Shown: positions 19,015-28,695 of the stretch, piece by piece
Layout: the number at the start of each line of letters is the position of its first letter
Numbering within the stretch: position 1 is the stretch's first letter
Source of the DNA: Eubacteriales bacterium
Lineage (GTDB): Bacteria > Bacillota > Clostridia > Peptostreptococcales > Anaerovoracaceae
NCBI GenBank assembly: GCA_028680875.1
Contig: JAQUJQ010000001.1
Coordinates: forward strand, 1 to 49,165
Direction: 5' to 3'
DNA: 49,165 bases
The notes under the pieces: model-generated
Database searches by the model: none
Seen by the model: only the letters and a program-made list of their open reading frames with translations
Told to the model about the DNA's origin: nothing
Position numbers and translations under genes: made by a program

Positions 19015-20378
19015 AATAAACCTGCTTTTTTCTTTATAATATCATCTCCATACATATATACATATTTCTTCAACTCAGCTCTTGTTCTTACAACGACCTC
19101 AACATAATCATCTATTTTTGTCAGATCAGTTATACCTGCTACAAGAAGTTCTTCTTTTATTTCCTCCTTATTCAAATCTCTATTTAAAAAGTTAAAACAA
19201 GCACTTATATCTTGCCCTTGCTTAGTGAGCAAAAAAGGAGTAAACTTTTTTCTACCTGATAATTTTTTGTTAATTGAATTTCCATATGTTGTTGCATCAT
19301 CAATTGACAACAAAGCAGCACGTCTATATGTACAAGGCATACAGATACCACAGTGACTGGCAGTTTTGTTTTCCCAATTAACCCTATGTCCTCTTTTTCC
19401 ACATGAATTTGAGATTTGCACAATTTCTTTTAAGAAATCTATATTCTCACAATTTACAACCATCTCACCTTTAGTAAACAGTTCATAAGGATTTGATATA
19501 TCTGTCATAATCCCCAATTTATTCCATAATTTGCGCAAAATGGATATAAAGGTTGGGTGTGTTGTGCGTGTACTGCAAGCACTTCGCCGAGAAGAGCTTA
19601 AAGGGTAATTCAATGAGACTGATCCATTTTCAGGTACAATTAATGGCGTTGATTTAGTTTGAGCAACAAGAAGTGCAATTCCAATAAAAAGTATTGAGCG
19701 ACTTCTGAAAGTACTTTCTTTCTCTTCCGTCGATTCTAACAAGGTTACATCTATTGAGTCTATATGCACAAATTGACCTTTATACTTCATTTCCAATTTT
19801 TCCAAAAGCTTTATTTGCTCTGTTCGTGCGCTCAATTCTGGGTCATAATGAGAAGTAAGCAATAATTTTTCATCAGGTTTAGCCTCAAGAAAATTTATAG
19901 CCCCTATCAATGAATCAAGTCCCCCAGAGAATAAATTTACCTGAGAAAAGGAATCTTCCAATTCCTTCGGCAATTTTTGTTGTGGATATTCAAACTTTGT
20001 TTTATAAAAGCACACATGCCAATAATCACCTGTCAAGAATGAAAATAGTGCTTCCAATTCACCTTCTACTCCAAGCCATTTATCTACATCTGTTACAGGT
20101 AATTCTACCGTCAATTCTCTTGACCATCCATCAACGGAATAAGATTTGCGTTCTACAAATCTGTCAATACCATATGCACATGCTGAAATTATAAAAAAAT
20201 CAACAACCTCCGAAGAAACTTTGCTTGCAAATGGTATCAATGGCTGAAAACCAATTTTTATAATCGCCGTTGTTTCATTTTCCGACTTTAACTTGATAGT
20301 TACACTCTTAGTAGAACTATCATAAATAGGTGTTTCAACTTTAATTTTCATCGCAAATGATATTAATGATTGATTCAA
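19011..20378 (-). CDS. qatC: QatC, QueC-like PP-loop ATPase
   Basis: 455 aa. It has the PP-loop motif FSGGLDSL and a C-terminal Cys cluster (CGKRG...HCGICMPC), as in QueC-like proteins. Confidence 0.85.
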   Translation of the reverse strand: MNQSLISFAMKIKVETPIYDSSTKSVTIKLKSENETTAIIKIGFQPLIPFASKVSSEVVDFFIISACAYGIDRFVERKSYSVDGWSRELTVELPVTDVDKWLGVEGELEALFSFLTGDYWHVCFYKTKFEYPQQKLPKELEDSFSQVNLFSGGLDSLIGAINFLEAKPDEKLLLTSHYDPELSARTEQIKLLEKLEMKYKGQFVHIDSIDVTLLESTEEKESTFRSRSILFIGIALLVAQTKSTPLIVPENGSVSLNYPLSSSRRSACSTRTTHPTFISILRKLWNKLGIMTDISNPYELFTKGEMVVNCENIDFLKEIVQISNSCGKRGHRVNWENKTASHCGICMPCTYRRAALLSIDDATTYGNSINKKLSGRKKFTPFLLTKQGQDISACFNFLNRDLNKEEIKEELLVAGITDLTKIDDYVEVVVRTRAELKKYVYMYGDDIIKKKAGLL

Positions 20379-21162
20379 AAATTGACTCTATTGTGTTTTT
20401 ACCTTCTTGCCCTCTCCAGTTAATCTTTACGACAGGCTTATCTTGATTTAATAATTTGATTCTGCCCAGTATATCATCTTTTATTGTTCTAAAAGTTTCT
20501 CTACTTACAGATTCACCCCTTTGTTGTGTAATTTTTTCTTGAAATCTTTGAGACAAGTGTTCAAAGATATAATTACCCCAAAATAGGCAAAGTAAATCAG
20601 ACAGCCCATTTCCATCGGCGTAGGTCTTTAATAGTTGCTCAAATTTTTCATAGTCATTCCCCACTTCATTTTCGATTTCTTTAAAAACTTCAGAAGAAGC
20701 TTTGTTTGCAGCAGTCTCATCTAAGCCTGTTGTTATGTCAGAGCAATATACAATAAGGAAATCAATAATACTTCCTACCGTCTTTCCTTCGAGACTTCCA
20801 AAGCCTATTTTTTCTAATGTCTGTTGCAAGCCATCTGAACTGACACCAGAAAAGAAGTTTACTATCTTTCCAGTGGTTTTTAATCCAGCTTTACCTATTG
20901 AGGAAGACTTTCCTTTACTCACATTAGAAGAACCACCTCCTGTTTTTATCAAGTTTCTGAAAGCTGATTTTATATGATTGTGTCTTCTTTCCAGCAGTTT
21001 TTTGTATTCTTTAGCCGCAACTTCAGGTTGTTTTTGTTCTTCACTCTGCTCTAATTCAGATTCTTTCTCTACAGTTTTTGCTATATTCGTAATAGAACTA
21101 TTTAGTTCTTTCCAATTGGGTTGATTTTTAACCCCAGGAGAAATTCGTTGAGTTGTACCCAT
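20341..21162 (-). CDS. qatB: QatB (uncharacterised Qat component)
   Basis: 273 aa with no motif I recognise. It occupies the position between the KAP NTPase and the QueC-like gene, as in QatABCD. The call is by synteny. Confidence 0.6.
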   Translation of the reverse strand: MGTTQRISPGVKNQPNWKELNSSITNIAKTVEKESELEQSEEQKQPEVAAKEYKKLLERRHNHIKSAFRNLIKTGGGSSNVSKGKSSSIGKAGLKTTGKIVNFFSGVSSDGLQQTLEKIGFGSLEGKTVGSIIDFLIVYCSDITTGLDETAANKASSEVFKEIENEVGNDYEKFEQLLKTYADGNGLSDLLCLFWGNYIFEHLSQRFQEKITQQRGESVSRETFRTIKDDILGRIKLLNQDKPVVKINWRGQEGKNTIESIFESIINIICDEN

Positions 21163-21164
21163 CT

Positions 21165-23054
21165 TTATTTTGTTTTAGGATTTAAGGCTTTATATATTTG
21201 AGATTTATTATCAAAAATAGCATATAAACTTTCTATCTCAGGATTTTGTTTCGCAGCTAATTTAAAATCATTATGTAAGCTGAAAGAAATTTTGGTGTTA
21301 TCTACCTGTTGAATGATTCTTTTGTATGATTCAAAACAATTTACCTTCTTAGACATCAACTCTACAAACACTTTGTGTATATTGTCATTCTCTGGCGCTT
21401 TTAATAATTCTTTTCCAAGCAAGGATAAAAGATTTTCTAAATTATTGTCATCCAACTTCCCAGCAACTTCTTTTTCAACAATATTTACTAATATAGAACC
21501 TGAACCTGCGTCTAAAAGAGATTTACATAATTTGCGAATCTGAATAGGGATTAATGACGACCCACTAATGGATTTTTCTAATTGATCCCTCGAAATCCAA
21601 AAATAATCTTTCAAGTCTATACCCGATAGCTTAGGCTCAATATTCAGCCATTTTATAATTTCATCTGATCCCCAATCTGTTTTATATTTTTTAATTCCCT
21701 CTTTGTCTTTAGTTGCTGCTAACTTTTCTAATTCTATAATTTCCTTAGGTTCTCCATTTTGATTAACTTGCCATTCATACACATCTTGAAAAAGACTAAG
21801 AGCTGAATATTCCAAAACCATTAATTTAATTAGAATTTCTATTTTAAAATCTGGAATATTTGCAATATCAACCAATCTTTTTCTTAAGGTGAATGTATTT
21901 AGGAATCGCTTTATCTGTCTTGGATTTCCATTTAATCCATCTGTAATAATTGGAGATAGAGAAGCTATCAACGATACGCTCTTACTTAGTTTATTTTTAT
22001 CATCTTCGGATAATAACCCTTCAATACTCTGAATGTCTCCTAAACCAAATGCTCCGTATCGATTAGCTGCTCTGTTTTTGTAAAATTCTATCAGTATTTT
22101 ATCAAAGGCCTGTTGTCCTATTTCCTTTTTACAAAACAGTAAAGTCATATATGTTTCAACTTCCCGATCAGATAGTTTGGGCAGGTTGTATGGAACTTGA
22201 ATTAATTTTTCTAAGTAATCACTTACAATTCTCTTGTTTCTGCTTTCAGGATCAATCGAGTTCTTTATGTCATCTGTCTTGTATCTAAATTCTATTGCTC
22301 TACGCACAATTCGAGGATCAGCACCTATTATAAATGCCGTCTTATCTACATTCAAGAATAATTTTACTGCTTCGAGGTTTTCGATAATTCTATCTGGAGT
22401 ACACCTATCCAAATCATCAATCATTACAACAAGTCTTTTAATCTTAGACTTATCCATCATTATCTTGAAGTCATTGCGGAAATCTCGAATTAAAGAAGTT
22501 TCTTCTATCTCTTTTTTCTTCAATAAATCTTTTAGAAATTCCTCAGCGTCACTTCCAGTTAATTTATCAGATAATTCTTTTGCATTAAACTGAGAAAATT
22601 CTTGCAATAAAAATGGGACTAAAGAAAGACCTCCTGTAAAATATGCTGTTGCTGTCGGCAAAATAATTTTTTTAAAACTTAAGCCTAATACACGCATCCA
22701 ATTGACTGATTTTAAGAGATTGACAGTTTCATCCTTTACTTTGTCTTTTAGTTGTTTGTGCCTTCCAAATTGTTCAATTATAGATTCCAATAATGCTGCT
22801 TTTGCATCGTCATATCCTTCAAAGACCCAACCATTGAAATATAGGACAAGAGTATCATCTTTCAGTGTATCATCATCTTCACTTTTCAATTCTTTGTGAA
22901 TGATTTTGAGAATACTTGATTTTCCACTACCCCAATCACCAAATACCCCAATTGAAATAGGAAGAACAGATTCATCTTTTATCACATCAATAAGTAAATC
23001 TGCGTGTACTTTAAAACCTAATAAGTCTTCTGTTGTTTCATTATCTGACCACAT
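21165..23054 (-). CDS. qatA: QatA, KAP-family P-loop NTPase
   Basis: 629 aa. Walker A is GVFGDWGSGKSS. Walker B with the KAP signature is RLVVMIDDLDRC. Confidence 0.85.
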   Translation of the reverse strand: MWSDNETTEDLLGFKVHADLLIDVIKDESVLPISIGVFGDWGSGKSSILKIIHKELKSEDDDTLKDDTLVLYFNGWVFEGYDDAKAALLESIIEQFGRHKQLKDKVKDETVNLLKSVNWMRVLGLSFKKIILPTATAYFTGGLSLVPFLLQEFSQFNAKELSDKLTGSDAEEFLKDLLKKKEIEETSLIRDFRNDFKIMMDKSKIKRLVVMIDDLDRCTPDRIIENLEAVKLFLNVDKTAFIIGADPRIVRRAIEFRYKTDDIKNSIDPESRNKRIVSDYLEKLIQVPYNLPKLSDREVETYMTLLFCKKEIGQQAFDKILIEFYKNRAANRYGAFGLGDIQSIEGLLSEDDKNKLSKSVSLIASLSPIITDGLNGNPRQIKRFLNTFTLRKRLVDIANIPDFKIEILIKLMVLEYSALSLFQDVYEWQVNQNGEPKEIIELEKLAATKDKEGIKKYKTDWGSDEIIKWLNIEPKLSGIDLKDYFWISRDQLEKSISGSSLIPIQIRKLCKSLLDAGSGSILVNIVEKEVAGKLDDNNLENLLSLLGKELLKAPENDNIHKVFVELMSKKVNCFESYKRIIQQVDNTKISFSLHNDFKLAAKQNPEIESLYAIFDNKSQIYKALNPKTK

Positions 23055-23186
23055 AATTTTATCTTATTTTAAATCTATTTTTTTGAATATGATAAATTCT
23101 ATATCTATATATTCATTTGTTATGTACCATATTGTGCAATGAAGTTCTTCCTCTTGTTTTTTCTATTGTGAAGTATTTATTTCATA

Positions 23187-25208
23187 TTATATATCAACAT
23201 CAAACTCTTTTTGTTTAAACCAGTTCTTGCTAATCTCGTTATTATCGCTCTTAGGCTTTGGATCAGCTGTATTTACTTTAAAAGTAGTAGGTAGATTTAC
23301 AGCGTGACCAAATATCAACGCGTGTTGCGTAGGAATTGAAGGCAACCGTTTTAAGATAGTTTCCGAAATATGGGGCGTGATTTGCCGTATATGCGATAAA
23401 TCCTCAGGGTTTTGTATTCGGTGAACTATAAAATTACTACATTGAGATAATACAGTTCTTGATAATTCACTTGGTCGTTGTGAAGAAATTAATAGAAACA
23501 TACCGTATTTGCGACCTTCCTTAGCAATTCTTTCAAAGATTTTGTTGGCATCACCAAAAACTTTTCCCGATTCGGTAGAAATGTATCGATGTGCTTCTTC
23601 CAAAACGAGATTGACCGGGAATTTGTTTCTGTCTTTTGCTTTTCGCAATTTTTCAAAAATCATTCTTGACAACACGCAAGAAACGACTTCAACGGCTTCA
23701 TCATTAGCAGAATTCAAATCAATTGTCGCTATTTGTGATTTTTTTACACCTTTGTCTATACCGATAAATTGATTTATGAAATCAGAATAATCTATTTCTG
23801 AATCGTTTTTTGTTAGGAAATTGAAATCAGCTCTATCTTTTACACTCTTAAATCTTGTAATCAGAGAAGAACAATAATCTCTTATTTGCCTGTTTCCGTA
23901 TGATTCTTCAAAGAGAATGGCAATATCCAAGGCTTCTTCTAATTTACCAAAAGAAAACTTTTGGTTAGGTTGATATGAGGGTAAACTAAAATTATCAGAC
24001 AAGAATTTATAACTGCCGTCATCTGTTCTTTGTTCTAAATAATTGTGTAAAAATTGTATCCCTTTCATTTCTCCATAATGGATAAAAAGACAATTTTCAA
24101 TTGAACTATCAACATAAGCAACTCCATTATGAAATTGATTGTTATTGCATCTTATCGATAAATTGATTTGTGATGTATTAAATTTTTGAAGAATAGATTT
24201 TATCCTGTCTTTTTTTGAAGGACTACTTGTTTCGTCTCTTAGAATTTGGGTAATACAAGTTGCAAGAATGTGATTTTTTATGTCATCAATATCATCATCT
24301 TTACTGAATAAAACAGCTAAAGCCAATGCATTTCGTAATATAGGTAATTGCGTTCTCTCGCTTGCCTGTAATAATAATGCCCATTCATCAATATCCAAAA
24401 ACCAATGTGGTAAAATAAATTTTTTTACCTGTTCTTTGTCCTCATCTGATATTTCATCTATTGTAAAATTATTAACTTCTACATTATCATTATTCTCCGA
24501 AATTTTGCTAAACGCCTGACGATATTCCCCATTTACATCAAAAAAAATGAAGGTACTGCCTGTTGCACTATAATCTTTTAGTTTATAAAGAGTTTGCAAC
24601 ATTGAAGCAATGGTACAAGATTTTCCACTACCTGTATTTCCTAAAACAGCAGAATGACTTCCAAAAAATTTATCAATATCTATTTTTACCTCGTAATCCG
24701 GGAATATACTTGATTTACCGATGGGCAAAGAAGTATATTGTTTTCGAGTGCAGTCGTCTTTATCTTTACAATCAATAGCATACTTACAATCGTTTTCAAA
24801 AGTCTTATTGGTTTTAAAGATGATATCTAACTCTTCCTCTTTAATGTATAAGACATCTGAATATAAGGTTGGATATACACTTACACCAAAATCAAAGTTT
24901 TTATTATTGATTGTTCCAATAGGAATGACTTCCAAAAATTTACCGGTTTGTATTTTACTTAAAATTTGCTCTGTTGGGTTGGAAAATGGCACATTCAAAT
25001 CTTTTTCTCTAACGCCTGAAACTTCAGCAACTAAATAGTAATTTTGATATGGAACAATCACATAACTATTCAGCTGAGCAAAATAATGTATGTCGTCAAA
25101 CCCGCTAACATTAAAGTTTTCTAATCCACTTAATAGTTCAACAGTAAAACGATCGGAGTTAATACCTACAACCTTACCAATAACTCGCTGTTTATCTTCT
25201 TTCGTCAT
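23187..25208 (-). CDS. herA: HerA-like ATPase/helicase of a SIR2-HerA defence pair
   Basis: 673 aa. The N-terminus is HAS-barrel-like. Walker A is GNTGSGKS. Walker B is PVNLVLEEAHRY. There is a 4-nt overlap with the SIR2 gene. Confidence 0.85.
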   Translation of the reverse strand: MTKEDKQRVIGKVVGINSDRFTVELLSGLENFNVSGFDDIHYFAQLNSYVIVPYQNYYLVAEVSGVREKDLNVPFSNPTEQILSKIQTGKFLEVIPIGTINNKNFDFGVSVYPTLYSDVLYIKEEELDIIFKTNKTFENDCKYAIDCKDKDDCTRKQYTSLPIGKSSIFPDYEVKIDIDKFFGSHSAVLGNTGSGKSCTIASMLQTLYKLKDYSATGSTFIFFDVNGEYRQAFSKISENNDNVEVNNFTIDEISDEDKEQVKKFILPHWFLDIDEWALLLQASERTQLPILRNALALAVLFSKDDDIDDIKNHILATCITQILRDETSSPSKKDRIKSILQKFNTSQINLSIRCNNNQFHNGVAYVDSSIENCLFIHYGEMKGIQFLHNYLEQRTDDGSYKFLSDNFSLPSYQPNQKFSFGKLEEALDIAILFEESYGNRQIRDYCSSLITRFKSVKDRADFNFLTKNDSEIDYSDFINQFIGIDKGVKKSQIATIDLNSANDEAVEVVSCVLSRMIFEKLRKAKDRNKFPVNLVLEEAHRYISTESGKVFGDANKIFERIAKEGRKYGMFLLISSQRPSELSRTVLSQCSNFIVHRIQNPEDLSHIRQITPHISETILKRLPSIPTQHALIFGHAVNLPTTFKVNTADPKPKSDNNEISKNWFKQKEFDVDI

Positions 25209-26479
25209 TTAAGTAAATCCTTTAAGTTATTGATAGTTGTTTCCATTTTCTTATCTAAATCTTCATTCGTTAAGTCAGGAAGAATCTCATTAACAAATCT
25301 TTCAAAATAGTGCAGAGGTTGTTTATCGCTTTCGATACTGCCGATTATCCAAATTCGTGGGTCGTCCAATTTCTGTAATTCGCCAATTTTGTTTTTATCT
25401 GTTGGCTCTCCGATAATTATTAATCTAAAAGAAGGAATTGTGAATGCCTGAAATATTAAATTGTTGATATGCTCATCATTAAAACTGTATCCAATCGTAA
25501 CAAGTATATTGTTGTTTACCATCAGTTTTCGCTGAAATTCACGGAATAAATCAGAATAAGGACTACCAAAACTTGCATTATATTTTAATGGCGTTGGATA
25601 AATCATTATCTCTTTCCCACAGCTCTTTAAATTTTCAAAAGTCGGATCCTGTATTTCTTTGACTTTAAACAATTTGTTTTCTCCATCTTCTTCAATCCAG
25701 TTAACAGAACCGTGTATTTTGTATAAATAAAAGAAATTATCAATGACACTCCATTTGGATTGCGATAAATCCATCTTCTCAGCAAGAGCATAATTAAAAA
25801 TAGTGGGATTAAAAAATTTACTAATTCCGCCTGTAAATCCATTTGCATAGTGAATTCCTAACAAATCCATTGCTTTTTCGGAATACAAATCATAGTTTGT
25901 TGTGAAAATATTTAATCTAGGTAATGTAGAATTTCGTGATAAAAGTTTTCTATAAAATTGCTTATAGATATCAAGTAATAGCTTATCTGATTTGTTTTTT
26001 ATATTGTCTTCGTTAAGTATTTTCTTCAATAGAAAATTTCTTGTTTCTTTTATGATTAAACTAATTTTATCAAGTATTTCAGCGTCTGTTACAGTATCAT
26101 CCTTGATCTTAGAATGATAAAAAGATAAACTATGTAAAGTCGAAAGAAATACTTCAAGATTTGTTTTGAATGTGTCATTCTCCACATCAATTTGCAAGTT
26201 ATCTTTAAGCCATTGCTTATTTGTTTTAAAATCTTCTGAATTATAATATTCTTCAGCTAATGGATACATTACAGGAATACCGATTTGTGTCTCTTTTTTA
26301 TGAAACTCTTTTTCATAAGATGAACAGCCACTTCCTAATAAAAATGATAAATTTTTATTATCGAGTACCTTTAAAAAAGCATCCTGAATTTTCTTTATTT
26401 CAGAGTTATTGTCTTCGGACGTTTGTTTTTTATCTGAAGTGAGTATATTTTCTTTACCTTTATAAAAAAATGTATCCAT
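25205..26479 (-). CDS. SIR2-family (SIR2_2) NADase-type effector of a SIR2-HerA pair
   Basis: 424 aa. Motifs present are FLLGSGCS, IFTTNYDLYSE and YKIHGSVNW, the hallmarks of defence-associated SIR2 domains. Confidence 0.85.
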   Translation of the reverse strand: MDTFFYKGKENILTSDKKQTSEDNNSEIKKIQDAFLKVLDNKNLSFLLGSGCSSYEKEFHKKETQIGIPVMYPLAEEYYNSEDFKTNKQWLKDNLQIDVENDTFKTNLEVFLSTLHSLSFYHSKIKDDTVTDAEILDKISLIIKETRNFLLKKILNEDNIKNKSDKLLLDIYKQFYRKLLSRNSTLPRLNIFTTNYDLYSEKAMDLLGIHYANGFTGGISKFFNPTIFNYALAEKMDLSQSKWSVIDNFFYLYKIHGSVNWIEEDGENKLFKVKEIQDPTFENLKSCGKEIMIYPTPLKYNASFGSPYSDLFREFQRKLMVNNNILVTIGYSFNDEHINNLIFQAFTIPSFRLIIIGEPTDKNKIGELQKLDDPRIWIIGSIESDKQPLHYFERFVNEILPDLTNEDLDKKMETTINNLKDLLK

Positions 26480-26483
26480 ATCG

Positions 26484-26768
26484 TTACTCTTTTAATTTTT
26501 GTTTTGCGTTGTCCAAAACTTTATCTGATATTTCTTTGTCCTTTTCCAACACTTCTATCACTTTGTCTGCCAACCAAAGAATAAGCAGTTCTTCGGGATC
26601 GGCTTGTAAAATTTCTGCTATCATAGGAATTTGCTCTCTTTTAGCTCGACGGTCGCCTTTTTCAATTTTACAATACATGGCATTATCCATATCAAGGGCG
26701 GCTGATATATGACGTTGCAACATTTGCTTGCTTTCTCGTAATTCTTTAATTTTATTTGCGAACAGCAT
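26484..26768 (-). CDS. XRE-family HTH protein
   Basis: The start was moved to the ATG at 26768 (MLFANKIKELRESKQMLQRHISAALDMDNAMYCKIEKGDR...). The gene ends 4 nt before the SIR2 start codon. Confidence 0.7.
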   Translation of the reverse strand: MLFANKIKELRESKQMLQRHISAALDMDNAMYCKIEKGDRRAKREQIPMIAEILQADPEELLILWLADKVIEVLEKDKEISDKVLDNAKQKLKE

Positions 26769-26866
26769 TCTTGTGTGTTTTATACTTGACAATATCAGAC
26801 AAATATACGACATCTTTTGGAATTGATAAAGAAAAGAAAGAAATTATAAACAACAAACAATGGAAG

Positions 26867-28693
26867 TTAATCCTCTTTTTTTGAATAACTTCCGTGAGCT
26901 TTTCTAACCAATAAACCGGCATTAATAAACCGAGTAATTTGTTTCTCGGCAGTCTTGTCCGGGATATTCAAATTCTTAGCAACGGCAAGATAAGTCTGAC
27001 GGTCAAATTCAGAAGGAAGAGCATCCAATAACTGCCGTTTGTGATTTAATGGCTGCGCTGTTGCGGTGTCTTTTGGCAGTTGTTCAAAAATGTATGCAGC
27101 ATGTAATACAAGCACTTTTACTATTTCCATCACCGTATTGAAATCACTATCATTACAGACAAGTACAGACGAAACTTCGCCCGTATCTATGATTCTGAGA
27201 GCTGTCATAATCATTGCCAAACGAAATGCTATTAACCCCAATCGGCGAATACTCCCCACATAATCATCTCCGCAAAGTTCAAGATACTGAAGCTGTGTTT
27301 GTTCAAAGTAGGCGTTGAACGCTTTTTGTTGACTGCTTGAGAAAGCAAACCTGAACCGGACTGGTTGCTGACGAAGAAAAAGATTGAAACCCAGAAACTC
27401 CTTTCCGTAAACATCAAATTTGTGTTCAAGCGGCTGCTCATCATCTCCTGCAAACACATCTTTCCATATCGGGCGAAGGTTCATAAAGTAGAACATGAAA
27501 CGGCTGAACAATCCGTTTTCGGCGTTCGGAATCAATGAAGATACCTGCTTGGGCGTACCAGACAAAAGAGCTGACAATTGAGGGCTTGCCAGTTCAACAA
27601 ATTCCCGGTCTTTGCGACGGTTATAGGAAATTGTTTCGTGGTGAAACGCTTTGCGGAAACCATCGGAATAATTTCCGTGTTCGGACTTAAACGTCTGTGC
27701 AAGAGTATCTCCTTCGGTTTCAAAAATTAGTCCTTTTTCGTTATTCTCTTTGAGTAATTGAAACAATCCTGTTGCACTGTTATTCGCCGGAATAATCAAC
27801 GTTCTGAGTGGTGGTTCTTCGGGTTTTTCTTCGTGTGCTTTATCGCTGCTGGCGTTGTATTGTGTGAGTTTCAATTTGTATTCTTCCTGCTCTGCCTTAC
27901 ATTGCTGGCGCATCATTTGGTGAATGGGTTCTACCAGACGACGGCAAAGGGAAAGCCGGCCTTTGCCCGCTGAGGCTTTGGCTGTAACAAAAAGGAATAG
28001 GTTTGGAAATACTTCATGCTGACCATACACTCCATACACATTGGGCATACATGCACTGAAAACAGTCAATGAACCCAATAAAAGTAAATCGGCATCTTCG
28101 GGAGAATCGGCATTTGACGTAATTGTCTGGAGTAATCCTGGCAATGATTCAAATATTTCTTTTGGGAAAGCTGGCAACTGCTTTTCCTGATTCCCCATTT
28201 CCTCCATTTCCCCATTTTGGGGAATTGGAGAATTGTCGTCTAAACTGTGATTTTTTTGATTGTCTTGATTATTATGATTTCCCTTTGGGGAAGCTATCGA
28301 ATTAGTTTGAGCTTTAATTGCAATGTCTATTCCTGCAGACTTAGCAAGGTGGTAAAGGGTTTTGATTGTAACGCCGTGGCCGTGCGAAGCGAGGCAAGCG
28401 GAATATTGTTTGTCGGTTTCGCTTTGCGAATAAGACGGATAAAATCGGCTTAGGCGGTGGTAGTAATTACGACCGCTTTCGCCCAAAGCATCTGCGAGGG
28501 CAAAGCCCAGGTCTCGCCAATCGGCATAATTTGGGGCGATATCTATGGAAGCGGATTCGATACGGGTTACAACCAACTCTAAATCAGAAGCCCCTCCAAC
28601 CTCCCCGAAGGGGAGGCTTTGAGCTGGCAATGAAATTTGTTTTGCAGGTTCTACCGGTTGCCAATTGGCTGGGTTGAATGTTTTCTTGCTCAT
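26867..28693 (-). CDS. PriCT-2-like + DUF3987 (helicase-like) replication protein
   Basis: 608 aa. The N-terminal segment IAPNYADWRDLGFALADALGESGRNYYHRLSRFYPSY is primase-C-terminal-like. The large C-terminal region resembles DUF3987 proteins of Bacteroidota integrative elements. A His/Asn/Gln low-complexity linker is present. Confidence 0.65.
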   Translation of the reverse strand: MSKKTFNPANWQPVEPAKQISLPAQSLPFGEVGGASDLELVVTRIESASIDIAPNYADWRDLGFALADALGESGRNYYHRLSRFYPSYSQSETDKQYSACLASHGHGVTIKTLYHLAKSAGIDIAIKAQTNSIASPKGNHNNQDNQKNHSLDDNSPIPQNGEMEEMGNQEKQLPAFPKEIFESLPGLLQTITSNADSPEDADLLLLGSLTVFSACMPNVYGVYGQHEVFPNLFLFVTAKASAGKGRLSLCRRLVEPIHQMMRQQCKAEQEEYKLKLTQYNASSDKAHEEKPEEPPLRTLIIPANNSATGLFQLLKENNEKGLIFETEGDTLAQTFKSEHGNYSDGFRKAFHHETISYNRRKDREFVELASPQLSALLSGTPKQVSSLIPNAENGLFSRFMFYFMNLRPIWKDVFAGDDEQPLEHKFDVYGKEFLGFNLFLRQQPVRFRFAFSSSQQKAFNAYFEQTQLQYLELCGDDYVGSIRRLGLIAFRLAMIMTALRIIDTGEVSSVLVCNDSDFNTVMEIVKVLVLHAAYIFEQLPKDTATAQPLNHKRQLLDALPSEFDRQTYLAVAKNLNIPDKTAEKQITRFINAGLLVRKAHGSYSKKED

Positions 28694-28695
28694 AT

